DNA of 64,000 bases from Lytechinus pictus. Taxonomy: Eukaryota. The stretch lies in assembly GCF_037042905.1 (NCBI RefSeq), contig NC_087245.1, positions 36,272,001 through 36,336,000 of the forward strand, in the 5' to 3' direction. The position numbers and the translations under genes were made by a program. The first letter of the stretch is position 1; each line of letters opens with the position of its first letter. This document shows, piece by piece, positions 55,601-64,000 of the stretch. Under the pieces are notes generated by a model that was not told where the DNA came from, ran no database searches, and saw only the letters and a program-made list of their open reading frames with translations.

Positions 55601-56832
55601 AATTATGCAAAAGCCTACTGAACTTCCTGTCTTGCTTTTGTGGAAGATGGGGGGAAAGGCTGCTATCGAAACCTAAATTTGAAGCAGGTCTGGCTAAATT
55701 TAGATCCTTGACATTATCACCGTTACATGCATATCACTAGCCGAACAACATATGCCTCTTGACAACAACACAATTTGTGAATGCCTGGACTAACCAGTAA
55801 TCTTGGATTATCGTGTTGCTGGTTTGTTTTTGTTTGATTTGAATGAATTGGCTTGGATTGGCTTGGTCTTTATCTTTCTGTTTTGATTTTATATTATTTC
55901 TAAGCCCATTTTTATCATGATGATTTCCCTATGAACTCATGATCACATACTAAGTGTAGAAAGCCATTTGAATCCCCACGTCCCTGCTTAAATCCATTTT
56001 CATATTTATTTCATTCAGTAAACTAATGTAATAATTTGTTAATGTTCTGCTCCAAGTTAAGTTTGTCACTCCCATGAACAAAGAATAACAAATATCTTGC
56101 CGCACACCTTCCTGAAAGGGGCCTACTATGTGTATACTTTGGAAATGAGGTAAAATACCATTACATCCCACCCCCAATGTTCCATTTATTGATTTTATAC
56201 TTTACAAATGCTCTTTTTTTTTTGTATTTCAATGTATACCTGCATACATCAAAATCATACAATGAATTTTCTGTATATTGCAGATATTTTAGAAACTGAC
56301 TATCATCCAAAAGAAACAGAAAATGACAGTATAAAATGACTGCATTATTAAATTGTATCATTCAGCTTCAAATGTTTCATATTGAAGCTTCCGGAGCCGA
56401 GATAAATAAACACTACTTCAGCTACATTCACTTCAAACTTCAGTTGCGTTCAGTTCTTTGTCGGACATTTAAAAAAAAGAGAATATCCAAACATAAATGG
56501 CTGAAAAAAGGTGAAATTCTGCAACTGGAATAAATGTTCCTTATCCTAAGACTCACCAAAGAGCCATCATCTGAACACAACCACTGCAAATAGAAACATG
56601 CATGGATGTCAGAAAGTTGTGTTCATACGGTTGCTCTACAACTCAACTTTGCTACTGACTTACCCTGTGATTTCATTGCTACCTGGGGAGAGGAGGCAAC
56701 CGAGATGCCACTATCATGGTCTGCCCAGTCCTGTGAACCGTCTCCAGTATCTGAATTCACTGATCCTGTAGGAGTCTTTGGACTCTGGAATGCCTTTGCA
56801 TTGGGATTCAAGGTAGTCTTTTTTGTAACACC
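22213..56832 (-). CDS. LARP4: La-related protein 4 (LARP4/LARP4B-like), multi-exon, 5' partial: join of 56664-56832, 51623-51775, 46475-46559, 37237-37373, 32907-33010, 32317-32481, 31032-31313, 28118-28224, 26677-27066, 25786-26218, 25102-25256, 23774-24206, 22213-22611
   Basis: Manual splicing at GT-AG sites gives one open frame of 3012 nt with compatible phases. The peptide has LNPNAKAF (PAM2), the La motif [30 protein letters not shown]..., the RRM ...[22 protein letters not shown]...[23 protein letters not shown]...FQGKPIMARIKA, and the [17 protein letters not shown] and RLSYAQV blocks, all matching LARP4-family sequence as I recall it. Confidence 0.95.
23774..24206 (-). CDS. LARP4: LARP4 exon, S/T/A-rich low-complexity region
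   Basis: Lies within ORF 23744-24217. Acceptor ttgcttcacag, donor TCG|gtatgt, phase 2 to 0. Confidence 0.87.
24586..24765. mobile_element. Small MITE (ggggagcgtttcatgaaag family; relatives near 34150-34380, 39100-39245 and 54982-55127)
   Basis: Inverted termini and several dispersed copies in this window. Confidence 0.6.
25102..25256 (-). CDS. LARP4: LARP4 exon ([23 protein letters not shown]...PTPQNTK)
   Basis: Acceptor ttatccttgacag, donor AA|gtaagt, phase 0 to 2. Confidence 0.83.
25786..26218 (-). CDS. LARP4: LARP4 exon with [10 protein letters not shown] and MADVVKG motifs
   Basis: Acceptor ctctcttttcaatctgcctcag, donor AAG|gtgtgt. Overlaps ORF 25747-26037 and carries conserved LARP4 C-terminal blocks. 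Confidence 0.9.
26677..27066 (-). CDS. LARP4: LARP4 exon, R/H/D-rich disordered region
   Basis: Lies within ORF 26673-27146. Acceptor ttgacaattgcag, donor AG|gtaagt, 390 nt, phase 2 to 2. Confidence 0.85.
28118..28224 (-). CDS. LARP4: LARP4 exon ([36 protein letters not shown])
   Basis: Acceptor ttttacag with a second CAG in tandem, donor GT|gtaagt. Phase 0 to 2 bridges the neighbouring exons. Confidence 0.82.
30303..30587 (-). mobile_element. tRNA-derived SINE, full length
   Basis: Minus strand has an A-box TGGTTTAGTGG and B-box GGTTCAAATCC, a central ...gaatgggtacc block and a (TAT)n tail. Confidence 0.85.
31032..31313 (-). CDS. LARP4: LARP4 exon, RRM end plus Q/A/Y-rich region ([10 protein letters not shown]...YYEAPQAI)
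   Basis: Lies within ORF 30990-31334. Acceptor ctcatccag, donor ATT|gtaagt. ARIKA completes the RRM. Confidence 0.92.
32034..32231. mobile_element. Small TIR element, possibly MULE-like, with internal taaccc motifs
   Basis: Inverted ends gacatttgctccggcgacaattgc and atcgtcgcaggagcagatgtc. The 9-bp flanks ctcattcac and cccattcac match at 8 of 9 positions. Confidence 0.6.
32317..32481 (-). CDS. LARP4: LARP4 exon, RRM ([55 protein letters not shown])
   Basis: Acceptor ttttattttgtcag, donor ATG|gtaaga, 165 nt, CEFAHNxNWYITF signature. Confidence 0.96.
32907..33010 (-). CDS. LARP4: LARP4 exon, La motif end and RRM start ([35 protein letters not shown])
   Basis: Acceptor cccccttgcag, donor GAG|gttagt, close to vertebrate [21 protein letters not shown]. 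Confidence 0.95.
33070..33320. repeat. Degenerate (GAT/GAC/GGT)n microsatellite
   Basis: Directly visible; lies in the intron just upstream of the 33010 exon. Confidence 0.9.
34421..35005. mobile_element. Kolobok/T2-like palindromic MITE (AGGAAACCAAAACCC family)
   Basis: TTAA on both sides and inverted arms longer than 200 bp. Confidence 0.85.
36845..37210. mobile_element. MITE (ctgcaccagcccgagtt TIR)
   Basis: Inverted termini and internal aatctcgagatt palindromes. Confidence 0.7.
37237..37373 (-). CDS. LARP4: LARP4 exon, La motif ([45 protein letters not shown])
   Basis: Acceptor ttcttattctcatgcag, donor G|gtgagt, SQMDSDQ LARP4 signature. Confidence 0.95.
39860..40240. mobile_element. PIF/Harbinger-like MITE (TACCCCTTTCATAAACCC family)
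   Basis: Perfect 18-bp TIR, TAA TSD, second copy at 48865-49255. Confidence 0.85.
40934..41408. mobile_element. PIF/Harbinger-like MITE (AGGTGGTTTCA family)
   Basis: TIR aggtggtttcaRaccgcct; inverted copy at 47661-48138. Confidence 0.85.
41760..42339. mobile_element. Kolobok/T2-like MITE, family A
   Basis: Homologous to 8461-9089; ends ggtggacttgtcct. Confidence 0.8.
42344..42737. mobile_element. TTAA-type MITE, family B (relatives near 44745-45130, 47020-47320, 59547-59950 and, reversed, 54880-55380)
   Basis: Termini aggtaaattccagt and ctgtaatttagct. Copies share the core aattgctgagaaataagcaaaataagc...tgtcccacatgtgcctatctgtg...agatctagatc. Confidence 0.75.
46134..46412. mobile_element. 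Tc1/mariner-like MITE
   Basis: TA TSD, TIR cagtgcgtcccacaaaaaacgaaac, palindromic body. Confidence 0.85.
46475..46559 (-). CDS. LARP4: LARP4 exon, start of La motif ([29 protein letters not shown])
   Basis: Acceptor tttgttctttgacag, donor AG|gtatgt, QLEYYFS La-motif signature. Confidence 0.93.
46631..46895 (+). mobile_element. tRNA-derived SINE, degenerate; a second SINE head follows at ~46908-47012
   Basis: A-box tggctcagtgg, B-box ggttcaaatcc, taaatgggtacc core and ATT/ATC tail. Confidence 0.7.
47661..48138. mobile_element. PIF/Harbinger-like MITE, inverted copy of 40934-41408
   Basis: TIR present, 3-bp AGA TSD, reverse-complement homology to 40934-41408. Confidence 0.85.
48865..49255. 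mobile_element. PIF/Harbinger-like MITE, direct copy of 39860-40240
   Basis: TIR present, TAT TSD. Confidence 0.85.
49268..49863. mobile_element. Kolobok/T2-like MITE, family A
   Basis: ttaa|aggtcgagtccacccc ... ggggtggacttgtcct. Confidence 0.85.
50035..50343. mobile_element. MITE (GGCCCGTATTCTGAAGTC family)
   Basis: Long TIR, TAT 3-bp TSD, copy of 16662-16973. Confidence 0.85.
50824..51405. mobile_element. Kolobok/T2-like MITE, family C
   Basis: aggaaagttcatc ... ggtgaacatcccct|ttaa; related to 57344-58344 and 59955-60327. Confidence 0.65.
51623..51775 (-). CDS. LARP4: LARP4 exon ([51 protein letters not shown])
   Basis: Pyrimidine tract plus tgtag acceptor, G|gtaagt donor, 153 nt, phase 1 to 1, open in the needed frame. 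Confidence 0.8.
56664..56832 (-). CDS. LARP4: LARP4 exon with PAM2 motif ([18 protein letters not shown]...AMKSQG)
   Basis: Acceptor ttttctttatcgtatag, donor G|gtaagt, phase 0 to 1. LNPNAK matches the LARP4 N-terminal PAM2. Confidence 0.88.
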
Positions 56833-57343
56833 CTATACGATAAAGAAAACAAAATAGAAAGACATACAAATGTAAGATTGAAAATCCACTACTTAAATGA
56901 GGAAAGAAGAAATAATATGTTAAAGCTTTGGGGGATGAAAATTTAATCTGTTGACTGCAATTTTATTTCAGTATGAATACACATTTATCATTAACCTTTT
57001 ATAACAATCTCAAGCATACTGTAGGGCTTAATAGACTGAATTCACCAAGGTGGTTTGAACCACTCGAACCATAATACAGACTTCATGTACTATGCTTAAT
57101 TCAGAAGGTAACTGAAATGTTGTCCAATAATGCATTTTTGTCACAGGGCTTTCAATTCATGCATATTACTTCTGCCCATCCCCCCCCCCCTCCCTCCATT
57201 AGAATATCCTGAATCCACCACTTTCAATAGCAATGTGATACCAAGAATATCATTACTTTTTAGTCCGTTGATTGTTGCTACTCTATCTCTGAGGGTGAAT
57301 CATTGTGACAGGATGTGACTGACAATAGAAACAGAGCCCTTAA

Positions 57344-58344
57344 AGGGAAACTTCACCCTAAAGAGAAGCTGGTTTTAAAGGGGAATCCAGCCTTGGCCAT
57401 AAAATGTTGTGTTGGGAAGGAGAAAAATAAATTAAACAGAATGGTGAAAGTTTGAAAGAAATCGGACAAGCAATAAGAAAGTTATAGCTGCTTTAAAATT
57501 GAGATCATTAATAGTATGTAGATTTCAAATTGACAACTGGGTAAGTAAATTATGACAAGGGGCAAGGACAACTTTCCCATAGGCCATATACTTTATTATC
57601 AGGGATTTGTGGTTTTCCATTAAGTACCGATTCCCCTGGGGCAGAAATCTAAATATAACACAGGTAGTATATTGTTTTATGTCCCAATGAAAGAAAAATA
57701 TAATTTGAATTAAAACTTTTGGGGAAAATGACATTTTAGCCATAATATGTATTGGAGTACATGGAAGAGTAGTCCTTGCCTTACATCACTATGACATCCC
57801 ATATGTGGCCAATTTGAAGTCTCCATGGGTATAGTGATTACCAATATTTACAACTTTTAAAAATTCATAACTTTCTTGTTGCTTGTCCAATATTGTTCAA
57901 ACTTTCACCTATCAACTTGTCTGATTTTACTTTTTCTTATAAAAACAAGTTTTTATTTGGGTTGGATTCCCCTTTAACAAAAGCTGAAAAACTCGCAAAA
58001 AACAATGAAAAAGTTTGATGAGGATCCATCAAAGAATGAGTTACAAATTTTCAAAGTTTTAAAATTGTGATGTCATATGCCAGCAACTTCCACTAATAAA
58101 GTAATTCCATAACTTCTGTTTTCTATGGCATATGATGAATACTATGTTTATTATAATGAAAATTGCATCTTGGGTAATTCCTATCACACAAAATTTGGAG
58201 GTGCTGCTCATATGTGGTGTCACAAAATCATAACTTTAAAATTTTATAACTCCATTATTTTTTTTAAGATGTTTATAAAACCTTCAACAATATTTTTTGC
58301 TAATTTTTCCTGCTTTGATTAAAACCAATTTATCATCAGGGTGA
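57344..58344. mobile_element. Family C TTAA MITE containing a nested TTAA MITE (57379-57973)
   Basis: The inner element has aggggaatccagcc and ggttggattcccct termini flanked by TTAA. The outer element resumes after it. Confidence 0.75.
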
Positions 58345-58465
58345 TTGATTGTAAGACTAATATAATATTGGTCTCAATTGATAACTATGTGCGAATGAAA
58401 CATTTTTTTCTTTTTTTACAATCGGTAAGTTTTGTGATTCTGTGCCCAGAGTGTTTCTGAGATAG

Positions 58466-58602
58466 TGTATGACCTCATGAATACATACTGGTAATTAGCC
58501 CCATTGAAGTCATTGTATTATTGGCCTGTTCCTAACTTTTAGAACCAGACCAATAATTCATTAACTTCAATGGGGCCGATTATGTATTCATGAGGTCATA
58601 CA
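58466..58602. repeat. Hairpin/inverted repeat of ~137 bp
   Basis: tgtatgacctcatgaatacata ... tatgtattcatgaggtcataca, with inner gcccc.attgaagt and acttcaatggggc. Confidence 0.8.
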
Positions 58603-59239
58603 AGTATCTTGGGGCCCCATGGACCGATTCCCACCATATTTGGGTTGTGGGGGTTTTTCATCATGTTCTACCAAGATATGGTATTTTTTTAAATGCAAAA
58701 ATTGAAAATTGATGACGTCACACTTCGGTACTCTAATAAGGTAATTTCAATGACCAAATTTACTAACGAGCAATGCAAAACCCCCAAGCATAACACTCAT
58801 TACTTCATCATCTGAATCATAGATTTCAAAACATGAAGCACTGCTTAGTTTCATATTCTTTCTAAAAATAGGAACAGACGGTCATGGATCCTTGTCTTTT
58901 AATCACAACTGAAAATAACATTTGATTAGTCCAATCCACATATAGTACACAACACTCGGCTCAACATACAGATGATAATGCATTGCAAAACACTTTCCTT
59001 CAGGAAATGAAACTTAATATTTTTTTCAATATTTCTTTGAAGTATTTCCTCAACAAATGTACATGTACATGATACCTGCAATATTTCCATAGGAGTCATA
59101 CATGTATCATCATTTCCTAATAGTAATAATCAATACTGCCAATACCAAATATGTTATTAACCCAGTTCCTCATGAAAAGTAGCAACTATACAAAGGTTTA
59201 CACTTATCATCCAAAGAAATTGAAATGTGACTACTAAAT

Positions 59240-59508
59240 CGTCGCCTTCCCGCACAAAGGCCGTTAGCGCGCACTGCACATCGCCTACATGCGAAAGGGC
59301 TGTTAGCACGCACTGCGCATCCCCTTCCCGCACAAAGGCCGTTAGCGCGTACTGTTCACTGCACGATAACGGCCCTTCTGCGGAAAGGGGACGTGCAGTG
59401 CGCACGCTAACAGCCTTTGTGCAGGAAGGCGACGTACATGTAATGGTGAAGACAGCGCACGCTAACAGCCTTTGTGCAGGAAGGCGACGTACATGTAATG
59501 GTGAAGAT
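59240..59508. repeat. Palindromic element built from ~40-bp subrepeats, with a ~56-bp tandem duplication at the right end
   Basis: gtcgccttcccgcacaaaggccgttagcgcgcac units are mirrored by gcgcacgctaacagcctttgtgcaggaaggcgac. Confidence 0.8.
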
Positions 59509-59954
59509 AATCAGTATGAGCTTTCATATTCTAATCACATTACTTAAGATAAATGCCATTTGTGGTAACAATCTCAAAATGAGTTCGAACAGAATCAAAT
59601 AACATTACCATCCAAGTGTTTGTATACCCAAATAAAAAAAAATGTGCAAAAGGGAAATGGCTATGGGAGAAACTGTGATATTGCTGAGAAATGAGCAAAA
59701 TAAGCACAGAATTCCATAGAAAATGTCTGGTATTTTTCCAAGCAATATTAATACACTGTCCCACATAGGCCTTTTTGTGTTAGTGATAATCAGAATTATC
59801 GGTTTTCAGCTAAGATTTCATGATATATCACAAAGATAAGTTTATTTCGATGGACCAGATCTAGATCTACAACAATATGGTGGCAATTAACCTTGATTTA
59901 AAGACTTTCTCATGAAATAATTGTTTGCTGCAACATACTCTCTTTTACCTTTTA

Positions 59955-60327
59955 AGGAGAAGTTCACCCTGACAAAAAGTTTATTGTATGTAAAATAGTA
60001 GAAAAAATAATTTAAAAATATTGCCATAGGTTTGAGAAAAATCCATCAAAGAATAAAAAAGTTATTAGAATTTTAATTATTTGAGTTATGACGTCATATG
60101 CAAGCAGCTTTCCTACATATCGTATAGTAAATTTTAAAAAAATCAATGAAATTTCATTTTCCCAGAAAATTGAAAATGGTTTTTACTATACATGTACCTT
60201 CAGTATATATCAATAGACAAATCAATTCACACCCTTTATAAAAAGGAAACAAAAATAAGCCATGATCATGAACCATAAAAAAATTGAAATTTAATCATTT
60301 TATATTGCATAACATATGGGGGCAGTT
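59955..60327. mobile_element. Family C TTAA MITE, interrupted at 60327
   Basis: Collinear with 50824-51405 until an abrupt break, after which GGGTCATTCCATG begins. Confidence 0.65.
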
Positions 60328-61479
60328 GGGTCATTCCATGTAAAATCAGAGAATCTGCGGTCATCAGATTTTTGTAAAAGTTTGGGAACCAATTGGGACT
60401 CAAATGGCCATATCTCTAAAAGTAAATGTATATAAACACCTAGAGAGCTGGTTTTGGTGTCATTTTAAAAGGTATTTTCATGCCCTATAAATTTGTATTT
60501 TACTTACTCCACTGCAGAATTGCAGTGATATCGATAGATCACAATCACAGAGCAAAATGGCTGCACCTATGCACCAGGCTTATGACTAGGGCCAAGTCAA
60601 AATGTTTAAACATCGTTCAAACAAAAAAACCCATAAAGTTTACCTATTTGATAACCATGTTTAAACCGTATATAGATCCAGGGCCTGGGGTGGAAACCTA
60701 AAAACCTTCCCTGAAGTTGCTGAAATTTCACATTCTACATCTTTATATTCATTTTATCCATTAGCATTCCCATTGCATGCAATTCTTAGGCACACCTTTC
60801 CAATTTAGGGAATTCACAATTCTGTGATAGTCATTTAAATTGCACTTAGTCCGGGTTATAACTGAGCAAGGTGCCACTTGGAGAAGGAGAAATTTTCATA
60901 TAGTGCCTCTAGACCAGTTTTTTACGCTGAATATGAATATATGAGGTAAACAGGCTGTATCCTGAAAATTAATCTGTGAGGGCGCTTTTTTCAAAATGGC
61001 CGCCATATTTTCTGAGAATTTGAATTTTCGTACATAGATTTTGACATAAGCATTTAATTGCCATAAAATTAGTGTCATATAAAAGCCAAATAAATTTCCT
61101 ACAATTTGGTACTATTTATAGGGGATAAATAGGTCATTTGGCTGAGATTTTAAGTAGAAAACTGCATTTTTTGTAATTTTTTCCCAAAAATTAAAAATTT
61201 TACAAATACATGATTTTACATAATTCTATGAAAAATCAATCAATTACCTTGAAATAATCATGAAAACTTTATTGATATACTATTATCATGTGGATGAAAT
61301 TTCAACTCTGTATCATTCTTTTTAGCAAATTTATAAGGTATCAAACTTGAATACTTCAATTTCAGAAATGTCGCTTTTTGTATGCATTTCCATAGATTAA
61401 TACGTATAACATGTATAATACATGTATGTATAATGTATAGTTAAAACTTAAATGCTATTATCTCCGCTAGTTAATCACT

Positions 61480-64000
61480 TGCAGAGTTAAGAGTAGGCTT
61501 TTCTCTATCAGCTACATAAAACAAAATGTTGGCACATCGAAGCCTAAAATTTTCAGGGGGTGGGGTGTCAAAGTCCTCCCCCCCCCCCCCCCGTTGCTAT
61601 ATCATGTTGTTGTATATTGCCTATTTGTTAGAAAAATAACTGTTTTTTGGAGCACCCATTGAGGCAAAAGGCATTTATGTTATACAGTACATCCACTTTA
61701 ATTACTTTAAAACAACTTAGAGAGGAAAGAGTAGGCTTTTTTCTACCAGCTACATCTAAAGAAGTGGCACATCGAAGCCTACCCCTCTCGGGGGGGGGGG
61801 GGGCTGTGGAAGTCACCCCTCCCCTTTTGCTTATTGCTAATTTATTTGGAAATTCACCATTTTGGACCCAACATTGAGGCAAAAAAGTGTTTGTGCTTTA
61901 TTATTTATTTTATTGATTTGAACCAGCTACATAAATAAGCGCAGCACATCGAACGCTAGCCCTCTCAGGTGCTGTCTAAGTCACCCCACCCCCCTCCTCT
62001 ATATCATGCATATTGCCTATTTATTGGCAATTTCACCATTTTGGATCACCCATTGACATGATTGAGGCATAAGGGCATTTCTACTATACAGTATATCATA
62101 CAGCCATTGTTATTTTCTTGCTATTACTTGGAGAGGAAAGCATGGGCTTTGGTATATCAGCTACACATTATTAAGAAGCGCTTGCACATCGAAACCTAGC
62201 CCTCTCAGGGGCTGTCTTAGTCAACCTCTCCCCCTCTATATTATGTTTATTGCCTGTGTATTGGAAATTACACCATTTTAAATCACCCATTGAGGCAAAA
62301 GGGCATTTCTACTATATAGTACAGCCAATTTTATTTTCTTGGAATGACTTGGATAGGAAAGAGTAGGCTTTGCTCTATCAGCTATATATAAACAAGTGCT
62401 GGCAAATAAAAGCCTACCCCTCCGGGATGCAGTTGAAATCACCCCATGCCTTTTGCATTATTGCATATTTATTGAAAAATTCACCATTTTGAAGCCCCAT
62501 TTAGGCAACAAGGCGTTTCTGATTTATAGTTCTTCCACTTTTACTGCCTTGAAACCACTTAGGGAGGAAAGAATAGGTTTTGCTTTATCATCCAAATATA
62601 AAGAAGTGCTGGCAAATAAAAGCCTACCCCTCCGGGTGGCTGTTGGAATCACCCAATCCCTCTTTCATTATCGCCTATTTATTGGAAAATTCACCATTTT
62701 GGAGCCCCCATTTATGCAAAAAAGCGTTCTGATATATAGTTCTACCACTTTTACTGCCTTGAAACCACTTGGGGAGGAAAGAATAGGTTTTGCCTTATCA
62801 GGCACATATAAAGAAGTGCCGGCAAATAAAAGCCTGCTCCCTTCAGGGGACTGTCGAAATTACTCCCCCCCCCCCCCTCTCTTGAAATTCACCATTTTGG
62901 AGCCCCCATTGAGGCAAAAAGGCATTTCTGATATATAGTTCTGCCTTTTTTCACCCTTGAAACCACTTGTTGGAGAGAAAAGAATAAGGGCTTTGCTTTA
63001 AACAGCTACATATAAAGACATGCTCGAAAATAAAAGCATATCCCCATGAGAGGGCTGTTGAAATCACCCTGCCCCTTTTTCATTATTGCTTACTTATTTG
63101 AAAATTCACAATTTTGGAGCCCCCATTGAGGCAAAGAGGCGGTTCTGATATATAGTTCTGCCACTATTACCGCCTTGAAACTACTTGGACAGGAAAGAGT
63201 AGGCTTTCCTCTATCAGCTATATATAAAGAAGTGGCTCTACTATATACCAGAAACACCTTTTTTGCCTCAATGGGGGCTCCGAAATGGCGAGTTTTCCAA
63301 TGAATTGGCAAAAAATCGTAAAAAAGGTTGGGTAACATCTATAGTCCCCTGACGTGGGCCAGGCTTCGATATGGCAGCAATTCGACATATATAGCTGAAA
63401 GAGGGGAATCCACTCTCCAAACTCTTCCTCTCCAAATGGGTTCAAGAAAATGAAATCGGGTGTTTATACAGCAGAAGTGCATATTGCCTCAATGGGGCTC
63501 ACAAATTGTGAATTTTCAAATAATTAGGCAATAATGCAAAAGGGGTGGGATGGTTTGACAGCCGCCCACATTGGTAAGCTTCAATGTGCCAGCACTTCTT
63601 TATAGAGCAACGCATATTCTGTCCTCCTTAATTGGTTTCAAGGGAGTAAAAGTGGCAGAACTATATATCAGAGATGCCTTTTTACCTCAATGGGGGCTCA
63701 AAAATTGTGAATTTTCCAATAAATAGGCAATAATGCAAAGGGGGTGGGGGTGATTTCGACAGACCCCAGAAGGGGGTAGGCTTTTATTTGCCAGCACATC
63801 TTTATAGCTGATAAAGCAAAGCCCATTCTTTCCTCTCTAAGCGGTTTCAAGGCAATAAAAGTGGCAGAACTATATATCAGAGACGCCTTTTTGCTTCAAC
63901 GGGGGCTCCAAAATGGTGAATTTTCAACAAGTAGCCAAATACCGAAAATTAGTCGGGTAACTTTTACAGCCGCCTGAATGAGATAGACTTCAATTTGCCA
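61480..64000. repeat. Array of ~190-210 bp tandem repeats that flips orientation near 63237
   Basis: The unit ...aattcaccattttggagcccccattgaggcaaaaaggc...gaggaaagaRtaggctttgc... repeats forward to ~63235, then its reverse complement repeats to the window end. Confidence 0.9.

Noticed and set aside
61480..64000. Repeat array as a CRISPR array, and ORF 62396-62938 as a repeat protein
   Set aside because: The units are contiguous ~210-bp degenerate repeats with no unique spacers and no cas genes in eukaryotic DNA. The ORF is a chance open frame not kept in the other units.
56833..64000. LARP4 first exon or promoter within the window
   Set aside because: The region is mostly transposon and tandem repeat. 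I found no convincing ATG-bearing phase-0 exon or promoter, so it likely lies beyond the right edge.

Overview
Eukaryotic, AT-rich, intron-rich animal genomic DNA. The repeat landscape suggests an echinoderm, probably a sea urchin (inference). The main feature is a minus-strand La-related protein 4 (LARP4/LARP4B-like) gene. I traced 13 coding exons from 56832 down to the stop at 22213, all with GT-AG boundaries and one continuous frame (3012 nt, 1003 aa plus stop). It encodes a PAM2 motif, La motif, RRM, the FPPLPG, MADVVKG and LSYAQV blocks, and an RG-rich tail. The start-codon exon was not found and probably lies beyond 64000. The 3' UTR may run about 10 kb to a poly(A) signal at 12122-12127. 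A second minus-strand gene probably starts near 9.7 kb; its first coding exon (1561-2377) encodes an unidentified disordered protein with an MGCxCCC lipidation motif, and the gene probably continues past the left edge. Introns hold many non-autonomous DNA transposons (Kolobok/T2-like, PIF/Harbinger-like, Tc1/mariner-like, hAT, MULE-like), tRNA-derived SINEs and (GAT)n microsatellites. There is also a 1.08-kb palindrome with promoter-like arms and a probable foldback element built from ~210-bp repeats at the right end. I found no intact transposase, CRISPR array, rRNA or true tRNA gene, and no clearly new multi-gene system. The findings are regulatory or structural hypotheses.
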